Shown: piece by piece, positions 8,993 through 18,656 of the stretch
Layout of the letters: the number at the start of each line of letters is the position of its first letter
Position numbering within the stretch: the first letter of the stretch is position 1
Source of the DNA: Candidatus Binatus sp.
GTDB lineage: Bacteria; Desulfobacterota; Binatia; Binatales; Binataceae
NCBI RefSeq assembly: GCF_035272065.1
Contig: NZ_DATEQZ010000114.1
Location: forward strand, 3,002 to 67,001
DNA length: 64,000 bases
Direction: 5' to 3'
Made by a program: the position numbers and the translations under genes
Notes under the pieces: generated by a model
What the model was told of the DNA's origin: nothing
Database searches by the model: none
The model's input: the letters and a program-made list of their open reading frames with translations, nothing else

Positions 8993-10309
8993 CTAAAACC
9001 CCAGGATCTGGCGGCTCGGCGGGAATTTGGTTGCGAGCTGATGGGGATAGTGGTTCTTCATTTGCTGCGCCACTTGCTTGAACGCCTCGACATTCTGATT
9101 GCTCGGCGGCAGCGGCGCGGGCACGGTCGCCGCCGGCGCGACGATCACGTTTGGATTGGGCGGCTGGGGCTGATCGGCTCGCGGCGCCGTCAAATCGAGG
9201 ATATCGGCCGCGCTGCCAACGAGCGCGCGCCTGTCCACCTCTGGCGAGTAGCCGCCCTCCATACCGAACTTCTGACCGAGAAATCTGAGAATCGAAGTGT
9301 GGTCAAAGTTTGCGTTACAGACCGTACCAGCGGAAGCGAACGGCGATACAATCACCGCAGGCACGCGAATTCCAGTCGTCGGGAAGCCTGCGTACTGCCC
9401 CGCCGGTGGCGCGGTTTCAACCGGCAACGGTTGTACGTGATCGAAAAAGCCGCCGTGCTCATCGTACGTGACGATCAGCATTGAGTTGGTCCAATGACGG
9501 CTGCGCAGCAGCGCGCTGTACACGTCCAGCATGAGCTGTTGTCCGCCCGTGACCGACGACGGCGAATGATCGTCTGTTCCTTCCGCCTCAGCGTGAGGTG
9601 CGTCGGTGTAAACGGGTTCGATGAAAATCACTTGCGGGAAAGTATCGTCGCTTTCGAGCTCCATGTCGGTCGCGAACCGGTCGAACTCACGGAAGCGGTC
9701 ACTAGTCGCGATTTCGGGAAGCCATCGCGGCATGATGCTGAAGAACGGGAAGAAACCCTGGTGATACACGCGCCAGCTCACACCGTGCGTGGTCAGCCAG
9801 TCGTAAGCGAGCACATGGTTCGGCAGGACGTTGACGTTACCGTCAATCAGCGAGTATCCCGCCATCGCCATCAGCCGGTTCGGTTGCGTACTCGCGGGCA
9901 GCGGCGCGAACCAATGGTCGAAAATGCGGAAGTTGCGCGCGAAAAAATTCAGTATCGGCACCTTATCCGGCGTCTGATAGCGCATTACATCTGAGTCGCC
10001 TTTAGCACTCGCAACAAACCCGTCCAGCGCAAATCCGTTTGCGCCGACCGCGCCGAGTTGCAGCACTATGTCCGGACGCTCGTGCGGCGGATCTGGAACG
10101 CGCGGCTCCAGCAGCGGACCTGGCTGATACGCTACGCCGTCCCAAGTGTTCGCGACCGAATTCAGCCACGCCTGATCATCGCGCACGCCGTCGACGTTCG
10201 GATTGCTGCCGTACGCGGGCAGTCGCAAGTAGCCCAGCATGTGATCGAACGAGCGGTTCTCCATCATCAAAATGACGATCGTCTGGATTTGCGAGAGATC
10301 CGTTGCCAT
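8993..10309 (-). CDS. phosphoesterase-family protein (phospholipase C / acid phosphatase type)
   Basis: The N-terminus IQTIVILMMENRSFDHMLGYL is the family hallmark. 438 aa. Confidence 0.8.
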   Translation of the reverse strand: MATDLSQIQTIVILMMENRSFDHMLGYLRLPAYGSNPNVDGVRDDQAWLNSVANTWDGVAYQPGPLLEPRVPDPPHERPDIVLQLGAVGANGFALDGFVASAKGDSDVMRYQTPDKVPILNFFARNFRIFDHWFAPLPASTQPNRLMAMAGYSLIDGNVNVLPNHVLAYDWLTTHGVSWRVYHQGFFPFFSIMPRWLPEIATSDRFREFDRFATDMELESDDTFPQVIFIEPVYTDAPHAEAEGTDDHSPSSVTGGQQLMLDVYSALLRSRHWTNSMLIVTYDEHGGFFDHVQPLPVETAPPAGQYAGFPTTGIRVPAVIVSPFASAGTVCNANFDHTSILRFLGQKFGMEGGYSPEVDRRALVGSAADILDLTAPRADQPQPPNPNVIVAPAATVPAPLPPSNQNVEAFKQVAQQMKNHYPHQLATKFPPSRQILGF

Positions 10310-10342
10310 GTCGTTTCCCCCATGCAGTCGCGGAAGGATCGT

Positions 10343-11725
10343 TCAATCGTGGATCGCGAGGCGGTCTTGCTCGACGTCTTCGAACCACGAGGCGAGAGCG
10401 TTGGTCATTTTTGAAACGCGGCCGGGTTCCTTCGCGGCGAGATCGTTGCGCTCGAAAGGATCATTTACGATGTCGAAGAGTTGCGCGGGCGGGGGCGCGG
10501 GTTTGACGCGCTCGGGCTCGGGCGCATGCGAGATGTCGTGGAAGTTTTCGGGATTGTACTTCGACTGGATGTCCATCGCGAGGTCTTCGTTCGACACCTG
10601 CATCAACTCACGTATCGCGGGGCGCACCAGTTTCCATCGGCCGTCGCGCATTGCGGCGTTGCATTCACCGTCGGGCGTGTAGCGGTTCCATTGCCAGAAG
10701 CGCTCGGTCGGGACCCTGCCGCGCTCGCCCTGCAGCGCGGGAAGCACGTTGATTCCGTCGAGCTTGAGGTCGTGCGGCGGCTCAGTGCCGGCAATCGCGA
10801 GGAGCGTCGGCAGCCAGTCGGTGAAATGTATCATGTCGTGGACCTGGCGGCCGCCGTCGAGGCCGGCGGGCAATCGCATCACCATCGGCAGCCGGATTCC
10901 GCCTTCGTACACGAGCGTTTTTGCGCCGGCGAAGCCACAGTTGAAGCGGTCGGTGCACATCTCGCCCACCCCGCCGAACTGCGGACCGTTGTCGCTCGAG
11001 AACATCACGATCGTGTTGTCGGCCAGGCCGGATTCGTCGAGTGCGTCGAGCACGCGAGCGATCCCGCGATCCATGCATTCGATCATCGCGTAGATTTGGC
11101 TGACCGCGGGCGTGAAGCTACCGCTCGCCTTGTACGGCGCGGCGTCGGCCTCGGGCGCTTCGAAGGGAAAATGCGGCGCGTTGTACGCGAGGTAGAGAAA
11201 AAACGCATCGCTGCGATGACGCCTGATGAACTCCGTGGCCTCCTTGGTGAAGACGTCGGTCAAGTAGCGGCCGTCGCCGCGCGAAAAAGAGCCGTTGCGG
11301 TCTAGATTCCACTGGTAGTAGGGCTGCCAGCCGCCGGAAAATCCGGCGAACTCGTCGAAGCCGCGTCGGTTGGGATGGTAGCGCGGGTCGCACGCGCCGT
11401 TGTGCCATTTGCCTACCAGCCCGGTCGCATAGCCCGCCCGTTTCAGCAGTTCGGCCATCGTCAACTCGCGCAGTGCGAGGCGGTCGAGACCGCGCGTCTC
11501 GAGCGTATCGATTACGCCGGTGCGATGCGGATAGCGACCTGTCATCAGTGACGCTCGCGCCGGCGCGCAAACGGGAGAAGCCGAGTAATGCTGCGTCAGG
11601 CAAACACCCTCGCTCACAAGATGATCGAGGGTCGGCGTGCGCGAGGCGCCGTAGTTGAAGCATCCGAAGTCGCCATAACCCATGTCGTCGGCGAGAATCA
11701 GGATGATGTTCGGGCGGGTGAGCAT
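10343..11725 (-). CDS. arylsulfatase (Cys-type formylglycine sulfatase)
   Basis: NIILILADDMGYGDFG, and SPVCAPARASLMTGR (C-x-P-x-R formylglycine motif). Confidence 0.9.
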   Translation of the reverse strand: MLTRPNIILILADDMGYGDFGCFNYGASRTPTLDHLVSEGVCLTQHYSASPVCAPARASLMTGRYPHRTGVIDTLETRGLDRLALRELTMAELLKRAGYATGLVGKWHNGACDPRYHPNRRGFDEFAGFSGGWQPYYQWNLDRNGSFSRGDGRYLTDVFTKEATEFIRRHRSDAFFLYLAYNAPHFPFEAPEADAAPYKASGSFTPAVSQIYAMIECMDRGIARVLDALDESGLADNTIVMFSSDNGPQFGGVGEMCTDRFNCGFAGAKTLVYEGGIRLPMVMRLPAGLDGGRQVHDMIHFTDWLPTLLAIAGTEPPHDLKLDGINVLPALQGERGRVPTERFWQWNRYTPDGECNAAMRDGRWKLVRPAIRELMQVSNEDLAMDIQSKYNPENFHDISHAPEPERVKPAPPPAQLFDIVNDPFERNDLAAKEPGRVSKMTNALASWFEDVEQDRLAIHD

Positions 11726-11754
11726 GGGAAGTGCCTCGACCGAATTCGTAGCAC

Positions 11755-11787
11755 AAAAAAAGGGCCCGGATGCGATCGCACCCGAGC
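11755..11787 (-). terminator. possible intrinsic terminator about 130 nt downstream of rpoD
   Basis: The minus-strand RNA would read ...CGGGUGCGAUCGCAUCCGGGCCC followed by UUUUUUU. It lies only about 30 nt before the sulfatase ATG, which lowers confidence. Confidence 0.4.
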
Positions 11788-11916
11788 CTTGGGATCAGAT
11801 TCCAACAACCCGACGACTCACCCCGGAGACCGGTACCGGCTTCGCTGGCGCGAAGCTGTCCGAGATCCTTCCTCCGCTCGCGCTGCTCGCTTCGGTCAGG
11901 ATGACAGCCTGGGGCG

Positions 11917-13680
11917 CTACTCGCGTTCCTGGAAGCCCTCGAGGTTGCGCGATCTGCCGGTCTGGCGCAGCTTGCGCAATGCCTTGGCCTCGATCTGGCG
12001 GATACGCTCGCGGGTGACGGCGAACTGCTTGCCGACCTCCTCGAGCGTGTAGTCGGTCTTCTGCCCGATGCCGAAGCGCATACGCAGGATTTGCTCCTCG
12101 CGCGGTGTCAGCGTGGCGAGGACCTTGCGCGTCTGCTCGCCAAGGTTGCCCTGGATTGCGGCCTCGACGGGAGACGGCGCGAGCTCGTCCTCGACAAAAT
12201 CGCCGAGCGAACTTTCTTCTTCGTCGCCGATTGGGGTTTCGAGCGAAATCGGTTCCTTGACGATCTTGAGCACCTTCTGGACCTTGTCCAGCGGCATCTC
12301 CATCTGTTCCGCGATTTCCTCGGGCCCGGGCTCGCGGCCGAGCCGCTGTACCAGCAGGCGCGTGACGCGCAGCAGCTTGTTGATCGTCTCGACCATGTGC
12401 ACCGGGATACGGATGGTGCGGCCCTGGTCGGCGATCGCGCGCGACATCGATTGTCGAATCCACCACGTCGCGTAGGTCGAGAATTTGTAGCCGCGCTGAT
12501 ACTCGAACTTGTCCACCGCGCGCATCAGGCCGATGTTGCCTTCCTGGATCAGGTCGAGGAAACCGAGCCCGCGATTGGTGTAGCGCTTAGCCAGGCTGAC
12601 GACTAGTCGCAGGTTGGCCTCGGTCAGTTCCTTTTTCGCGCGGCGGCTCTTGTCCTGTCCTGCCGCGATCGTCTCGAGCTTGCGCGCGTAATCCTCGCCT
12701 TCGTCCTTCGCCTTTTTTTCGACTTCGCGGATCGTCTTCTGTGCTAGGCGAATCCGCGCCGCGATGTCGAGCAGGTTCTCGCGAACGTCATTGATCTTCA
12801 GAACATGCCGGCGGTCTTCGGCTTCGGCGGCTCCCTTGAGCAGATGCGTGCGCGAGCGGCCGGTCGCTTCCTCGTATTTCGCGATCGTGTGCTGCGCGAC
12901 GCGGTACTGCTGCAGAAAGTCGCGCATCTCTCCGATCACGGCTTCCATCAGGCGGCGCGACAGTCCCATCGTGCGCAATTCTTTTTTCACGCGCTCGTTG
13001 TAGCGCGCGAGGTTCTTGTCGAGCTTGGGCTTGCGGCGCGGCCCGGGCTTGTTGCGGAGTTCTTCCTCGATTGCTTCGATCTTGGTGCGCAGATCGGTCA
13101 GCTTTCTGGTCGCGAGACTCAGCTTCTTGAGCTGGCGCTCGTCGGCTTCGGGTCCGCGCTCTTCGTCGGGATCGTCAGGTGTCTCGGCCGCATCCTCGAA
13201 CACATCGCGAAGATCGGCTTCTCCTGCTTCAACGCGCTCGCCCACCCGAATCACGAAATCGAGCATGATCGGCGAGCCCAGAACTTCTTCTTCAACTTCG
13301 TTCTCGCCGGCCTCGATGCGCTTTGCGATCTCGACTTCCTGCTCCCTCGACAGAAGCTGGAAGTTGCCCATCTCCTTGAGATAGAGCCGGACCGGATCGG
13401 ACGACTCACCGAGCGAATCCGCCGCCGGCGGCGCGGCCTCGGGCGCCTCCTCGGCCTCTTCCTTGGTGTCGACCTCGACCTCGTCGGCGCCTTCGGTCGG
13501 GACTTCCTCGAGCACCTTGATATCGAGATCTTCGAAGCTGTCGAGCGCGGCGCGCAGGTCTGTGGGCGACGCGACATCCTGCGGCAGGTAGTCGTTGACC
13601 TGCTCGAAAGTCAGGTAGCCCTGCTCGCGCCCGAGATCGACAAGACCCTGTAGGTCTTTACCTTCGTACTTCTGCTTCAT
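11917..13680 (-). CDS. rpoD: RNA polymerase primary sigma factor
   Basis: Acidic region 1, then the conserved YATWWIRQ, the region 2.4 segment, RIPVHM, and [16 protein letters not shown]...[31 protein letters not shown] 13680 is preferred over track start 13767. Confidence 0.95.
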   Translation of the reverse strand: MKQKYEGKDLQGLVDLGREQGYLTFEQVNDYLPQDVASPTDLRAALDSFEDLDIKVLEEVPTEGADEVEVDTKEEAEEAPEAAPPAADSLGESSDPVRLYLKEMGNFQLLSREQEVEIAKRIEAGENEVEEEVLGSPIMLDFVIRVGERVEAGEADLRDVFEDAAETPDDPDEERGPEADERQLKKLSLATRKLTDLRTKIEAIEEELRNKPGPRRKPKLDKNLARYNERVKKELRTMGLSRRLMEAVIGEMRDFLQQYRVAQHTIAKYEEATGRSRTHLLKGAAEAEDRRHVLKINDVRENLLDIAARIRLAQKTIREVEKKAKDEGEDYARKLETIAAGQDKSRRAKKELTEANLRLVVSLAKRYTNRGLGFLDLIQEGNIGLMRAVDKFEYQRGYKFSTYATWWIRQSMSRAIADQGRTIRIPVHMVETINKLLRVTRLLVQRLGREPGPEEIAEQMEMPLDKVQKVLKIVKEPISLETPIGDEEESSLGDFVEDELAPSPVEAAIQGNLGEQTRKVLATLTPREEQILRMRFGIGQKTDYTLEEVGKQFAVTRERIRQIEAKALRKLRQTGRSRNLEGFQERE

Positions 13681-14087
13681 TCGTTTTGCTTCCGTTGTGC
13701 ACGGACGTTGGCCGCCGATGCGATGCGTGAAAATGGGCGCGCAAGGCGGCCGTGGCTGCGGCCGCAAGCCCGGAATCAGGTAGCCTCATTTATACAGACG
13801 AGAAGTGAGCGACACCAAAGATAAAGTCTAAAGATCGCTGCCATAAGAGTCAAATTATTTCTCGCCGCGCGCCCGCGCGATCATTCGGCGAATCACGTTC
13901 TTGCCCGGAGCATCACCGCAAATCAACCGTCGTCGGTGGCTATTACAAATATTATACGCACGGTTTGCCGGGTTGGCTGCATCGGCGCCGAACTTTTTCC
14001 AGAAACCGAAACTGAAGCTGTGTAAGATGAGCGCGCGGTGGAAAACGGGAGCCAGCCTCTCTATCCTCGACAGCGCTTCGGTCCTAT

Positions 14088-15119
14088 TTGAGCAGAATCT
14101 TGGCAGTACACGCGATAATCCTGGCGCTCAGCTTCGCGATAATCCTCGCAGGCTCGGAACTTTTCACCAATGGGGTCGAATGGGCCGGGCATCGATTGCA
14201 TATTGCCGAGGCCGCCGTCGGCAGCATCCTCGCCGCGGTCGGAACCGCCCTGCCGGAGACGTTCATCCCGGCGGTCGCGCTGTTGACCGGCCGCGATTCC
14301 GCGGCTGCCCACACCGCGGTCGGACTTGGAGCGATTATCGGCGCACCGCTGATGCTGTCCACGGTGGCGCTGTTCGTTATGGGCATCGCGGCGCTCGCCT
14401 TTCGCAAGCGTCGTGGCCGAATCGCGCTGAGAGTGATACGCGAGGACGCACGCCGGGACCTCGCATTCTTCTTCCCGGTTTTTCTATGCCTGGTGATCGC
14501 GGGCACAATCGAGTTGGGCCCGGCACTTCGCCACGTCCTCGCAGTTGCGCTGCTGATCGTGTACGCGAGCTACACGGTCGTGATGCTGCGGCTTCGGCGC
14601 TTGGCCGGCGCGGTGGTCGAGCACGGACTATATTTCGAGCCGATCTGGCGCGGGAATCCGCTCGAGCCGCGCGGATGGGCGATCGCCACGCAAGTGACCG
14701 TCGGCGTGCTCGCGATCCTTGTTGGCGCCATCGAGTTCGTCGATCAGATCATCCTGTTCTCGGCGCATGCTCATCTGAATCCGGGCGTGCTCTCGCTCAT
14801 GCTGAGCCCGCTCGCGACCGAACTGCCCGAGAAATACAACTCGGTCGTCTGGATTCGGCAGGGCAAAGACCATCTCGCGCTCGCCAACATCACGGGCGCG
14901 ATGGTTTTCCAGTCGTGCATCCCGGTTGCGCTGGGGCTCGCGTATTCGCCGTGGCATTTGACGAATCCCGAATTGCTCGCGGGCTCGATCGCGCTCGCCT
15001 CGGTGGTGATTCTTTACGTCAACTTGCGCGACTCCGAACTCGGCACGCCAACGCTGATGATCGGCGGAGCGGCGTATGCGACTTTTCTAGTTGGTCTCGG
15101 CTACCTCGGCGTGCTCTGA
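14088..15119 (+). CDS. sodium/calcium exchanger (CaCA) family membrane protein
   Basis: Two alpha-repeat-like segments (GSILAAVGTALPETF and LSPLATELPEKY) in a protein of about 10 TM helices. TTG start. Confidence 0.8.
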   Translation: MSRILAVHAIILALSFAIILAGSELFTNGVEWAGHRLHIAEAAVGSILAAVGTALPETFIPAVALLTGRDSAAAHTAVGLGAIIGAPLMLSTVALFVMGIAALAFRKRRGRIALRVIREDARRDLAFFFPVFLCLVIAGTIELGPALRHVLAVALLIVYASYTVVMLRLRRLAGAVVEHGLYFEPIWRGNPLEPRGWAIATQVTVGVLAILVGAIEFVDQIILFSAHAHLNPGVLSLMLSPLATELPEKYNSVVWIRQGKDHLALANITGAMVFQSCIPVALGLAYSPWHLTNPELLAGSIALASVVILYVNLRDSELGTPTLMIGGAAYATFLVGLGYLGVL

Positions 15120-15186
15120 ATCTATTCGCGCGGACGCGTTGTCTGACGCGATGGCGCGGGTGCACAATCGAGAGACACGAATCGCG

Positions 15187-17523
15187 ATGACCACCTACCA
15201 GGAAATTTCGGCGCAGTTTTACTGCAACCGCTTGCTGTTCGGCGATTCCGCCGATCCGGGCGTGGTCGCGGTCGAGGTCGCATCGAAGAACGAGATCGAC
15301 GTGTACAAGCGCCTATCGGGCAAGCTGACGCGCGAGCGTCGTCCGATTCGGCTGTTCGCGCTGGTTGAGAATTCCGCGTTGCTCGAAGGCTTCAAGGTGG
15401 CGCACGAGACGCGCGCGCTCGAAGGCGATTTCCGTTATAAAGTCCTCGTCACCTTCGGCTCACTGGAGGCTCTGGAAGCCGCCAAGCGGCATCTCAGGAA
15501 CGGCACAGGCAAGGCGCCCAACGCGCCCGACGCACCCTATCTCGTGCTGGCCGATCCCGTCGAGCAGCATCTGATGCTGACGGGGACGACATTTTTCATC
15601 GGGATGGATTTCGCCGAGCTGCGCCGACTCCAGCTCGACATCGAGACCTACATCTCGCCGGGGTTTGAGTTTCCGTCGGCGGCGCGCGAGGGCGACCGCG
15701 TCATCGCGATCTCGCTCACCGATTCGACCGGTTTCGAGCGCCTGCTCAAGGGCACCGAGATAGACGAGCGTGCGATGCTCGAGGAGATGGTGCGCATCGT
15801 CCAGGAGCGCGATCCCGACGTCGTCGAGGGTCACAATCTGTTTCGCTTCGATCTTGAATACCTCGAGGCTCGCGCGCGCCGCCATCGAGTGCCGTTGAAG
15901 CTGGGGCGCGACGGCGGCGAGCTGCGTGCGCGCCCGTCGCGCATGCAGATTGCCGAACGTTCGATCGCCTACCGCCGCTACGACATCCCCGGCCGCAACA
16001 TCATCGACACGTGGATCCTCGCGCAGCACTACGACATTTCGAGCCGCGAACTGGAGAGCCTGGGGCTGAAGCAGCTCGCGCAACATTTCGGGCTGGCGCG
16101 CAAGGATCGCGTGTATATCGACGCGTCGAAAATCAGCCACTACTTCAAGCACGAGCCCGAGAAGCTCTACGAGTACGCGCTCGACGACGCTCGCGAGACG
16201 CGTGCGCTTGCCGAGACCCTCTCCCCCAGCTACTTCGTGCAGGCGCAGATATTCCCGTATTCCTATCAAAGCGCAGTGCTGCGCGGGAATGCGACCAAGA
16301 TTGACGCGATCATGATGCGCGCGTATCTCGCCGCCGGGCATTCCATTCCCGAACCCTCGCAGCCGGCGCCGGTCGCGGGCGGCTACACCGAGGTTCGCCG
16401 ATGCGGGGTCGCGCACGGCGTCCTGCACTGCGACGTGACGTCGCTGTATCCGTCGTTGATGCTGCAATACCGGCATGCGCCGGCTGCCGATCGCCTCGGC
16501 GTGTTTCTCAAGCTTCTCGGCGATTTGCGCAGCTTCCGGGTGCAGGCCAAGGCGCTCGCGCGCGAACTCACGGGGACTGAACGCCGTAACGCCGACGCGC
16601 TCCAGCTCACGTTCAAGATTCTGATCAATTCGTTTTACGGCTACCTGGGGTTTTCGCTCGGGCACTTCAACGACTTTGGCGAGGCCAACGCATTGACGAA
16701 GCGCGGACGCGATTTGATTCAGCGCGCAGTGGCGGAACTCGAGGACCGCGGCGCACAGGTTATCGAGGTCGATACTGACGGAATCTATTTCGTACCGCCG
16801 CCCGACGCTGCCGACGAGAAAGGCGCTGAGCGGCTCCTGGAGCAGGTCGGCTCGATCATGCCCGAGGGCATCCGGCTCGAGATCGACGGCCGTTACGCCG
16901 CGATGTTCTCGTACAAAATGAAGAACTACGTGCTGCTCGACGATGCGGGGAAGATGACGATTCGCGGTTCAGGACTGCGCTCGCGGGGACTCGAACGTTT
17001 CCAGCGCCGCTTCATGGAAGAGATGTTCCGCCTGCTGCTCGAGGATCGCCGTGACGAAATTCCAAAATTGCATGACGAATATCGCGCGCGGCTCGCGCGT
17101 CACGAAATCGGAATCGCCGAACTGATGAAGACCGAGACGCTGCAGGATTCGCTCGATACCTACCGCAACAAGATCGGCGACAACAGCCGCAATCTCGCCG
17201 CAGCCTACGAACTCGCGCTCAAAGCCGAACGGCCGTACCTCGCCGGCGATCAGATTTCATATTACGTCACCGGGCGGCGCGCGACTTCGAGCGTCAGCGC
17301 GCTCGCGAAGATGGCGTTGGAGTACAATCCCGACGCACCCGACGAAAACGTCGAGTACTACCAGTACAAGCTCGCCGATCTTTTTGAAAAATTTCGGGTG
17401 TTCGTCGAGAAACCCGGCCTGTTCGTGCCGGTCGCGGAAACAGATGACAATCCCGCTCAGCTATCGCTGTTCGGCGCACCGCCAGCCAAAACCGAAGAAC
17501 TTAATCCAGAGCCCGAGGTCTGA
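15187..17523 (+). CDS. polB: family-B DNA polymerase with 3'-5' exonuclease domain
   Basis: Exo I LDIET, Exo II GHNLFRFDLEYL, Exo III YEYALDDARE. Pol motif A DVTSLYPS, motif B KILINSFYGYLG, motif C IEVDTDGIYF. C-terminal QLSLF beta-clamp motif. Confidence 0.9.
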   Translation: MTTYQEISAQFYCNRLLFGDSADPGVVAVEVASKNEIDVYKRLSGKLTRERRPIRLFALVENSALLEGFKVAHETRALEGDFRYKVLVTFGSLEALEAAKRHLRNGTGKAPNAPDAPYLVLADPVEQHLMLTGTTFFIGMDFAELRRLQLDIETYISPGFEFPSAAREGDRVIAISLTDSTGFERLLKGTEIDERAMLEEMVRIVQERDPDVVEGHNLFRFDLEYLEARARRHRVPLKLGRDGGELRARPSRMQIAERSIAYRRYDIPGRNIIDTWILAQHYDISSRELESLGLKQLAQHFGLARKDRVYIDASKISHYFKHEPEKLYEYALDDARETRALAETLSPSYFVQAQIFPYSYQSAVLRGNATKIDAIMMRAYLAAGHSIPEPSQPAPVAGGYTEVRRCGVAHGVLHCDVTSLYPSLMLQYRHAPAADRLGVFLKLLGDLRSFRVQAKALARELTGTERRNADALQLTFKILINSFYGYLGFSLGHFNDFGEANALTKRGRDLIQRAVAELEDRGAQVIEVDTDGIYFVPPPDAADEKGAERLLEQVGSIMPEGIRLEIDGRYAAMFSYKMKNYVLLDDAGKMTIRGSGLRSRGLERFQRRFMEEMFRLLLEDRRDEIPKLHDEYRARLARHEIGIAELMKTETLQDSLDTYRNKIGDNSRNLAAAYELALKAERPYLAGDQISYYVTGRRATSSVSALAKMALEYNPDAPDENVEYYQYKLADLFEKFRVFVEKPGLFVPVAETDDNPAQLSLFGAPPAKTEELNPEPEV

Positions 17524-17578
17524 GAGCCTAGCCGCGGAAGCCGGATTGATCGATACTGCCGGTCTGCGGAGGAAACCG

Positions 17579-18652
17579 ATGGCCGACGAAAAGCAGCAGC
17601 TCGATTGGGACAAGATCAAGAAATTCTCGAAGCAGGTATCCAATGATATCGGCGCCGCGATGCTCGGTGCCCTGAGCTATATTGGCGACCGGCTGGGAAT
17701 TTTCAGCGCGCTGGCCGAAGCGGGCGCGGTCACGAGCGCGCAGCTCGCGGATAAGACCGGGCTCAGCGAGCGTTATCTGCGCGAATGGCTCAGCGCGATG
17801 ACGGCGGCTGGATACGTGAACTACGACGTCGCGGCTAAGACTTACGCGATGCCGGCTGAGCATGCGATGGTGCTGGCGCGCGACGACTCTCCGTTCTTTG
17901 CCGGCGGCTTTATCGAAATGATCGTCCCGCAGATGTCGATTGCGCCGAAAGTGATGGCGTCGTTCAAGGACGGGCGCGGCGTGTCGCAGAGCGAGTATCC
18001 GCCCGAGACGTGGGAAGCGATGGAGCGTTCGTCGGCCTCGATGTATCGGCATCAATTGGTTCGCAAATGGCTGCCGACGATGCCGCAAGTAGTCGCGAAG
18101 CTGACGGAAGGCGGCTCGTCGCTGGAAGTTGGCTGTGGCAGCGGGCGCGCGGCGATCGCAATCGCGTCCGCATTTCCCAAGGCCAGAGTTTTCGGCTTCG
18201 ACGCGCATGCTGGCTCATTGGAGCGTGCGCGCGCAAACGCGAAGGCGGCAGGTCTGGGGGACCGAATAAAGTTTGAAGTCGTCGATTGCACGAAGCTGCC
18301 GGCCGCGCAGTTCGATTTCATCTCGACCTTCGACGTCGTGCACGATTCCGTCGATCCCGACGCGCTGCTGAAGTCGATTCGCGCCGCGCTCAAGCCCGAC
18401 GGCACTTACCTGATGGTCGAGGTGAACGTGTCGTCGAAGCTCGAAGACAACATCAATCCGATGGGCCGCATGATGTATTCGATGAGCACTCTCTACTGCA
18501 TGACGACGTCGCTCGCGCACGGCGGTGCGGGAATCGGCGCGTGCATGGGCGAGGCGAAGGCGCGCGAGCTGGTCGCGGCGGCGGGGTTCAAGCACTTTCG
18601 CCGGCTGCCGATCGAGGATTTGTTTTCGGCGCTTTACGAAATCCGGGCGTAG
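17579..18652 (+). CDS. SAM-dependent methyltransferase with N-terminal winged-helix domain
   Basis: GGAGG RBS before ATG 17579. The N-terminal GDRLGIFSALAEAGAVTSAQLADKTGLSERYLREWL is wHTH-like. LEVGCGSGRAAIAIA is the SAM motif I. Confidence 0.8.
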   Translation: MADEKQQLDWDKIKKFSKQVSNDIGAAMLGALSYIGDRLGIFSALAEAGAVTSAQLADKTGLSERYLREWLSAMTAAGYVNYDVAAKTYAMPAEHAMVLARDDSPFFAGGFIEMIVPQMSIAPKVMASFKDGRGVSQSEYPPETWEAMERSSASMYRHQLVRKWLPTMPQVVAKLTEGGSSLEVGCGSGRAAIAIASAFPKARVFGFDAHAGSLERARANAKAAGLGDRIKFEVVDCTKLPAAQFDFISTFDVVHDSVDPDALLKSIRAALKPDGTYLMVEVNVSSKLEDNINPMGRMMYSMSTLYCMTTSLAHGGAGIGACMGEAKARELVAAAGFKHFRRLPIEDLFSALYEIRA

Positions 18653-18656
18653 CTGC

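Noticed and set aside
11788-11916. An sRNA or tRNA in the ~130-nt stretch between the rpoD stop and the downstream hairpin
   Set aside because: No tRNA T-loop or acceptor features and no recognisable RNA family. It is most simply a 3' UTR.
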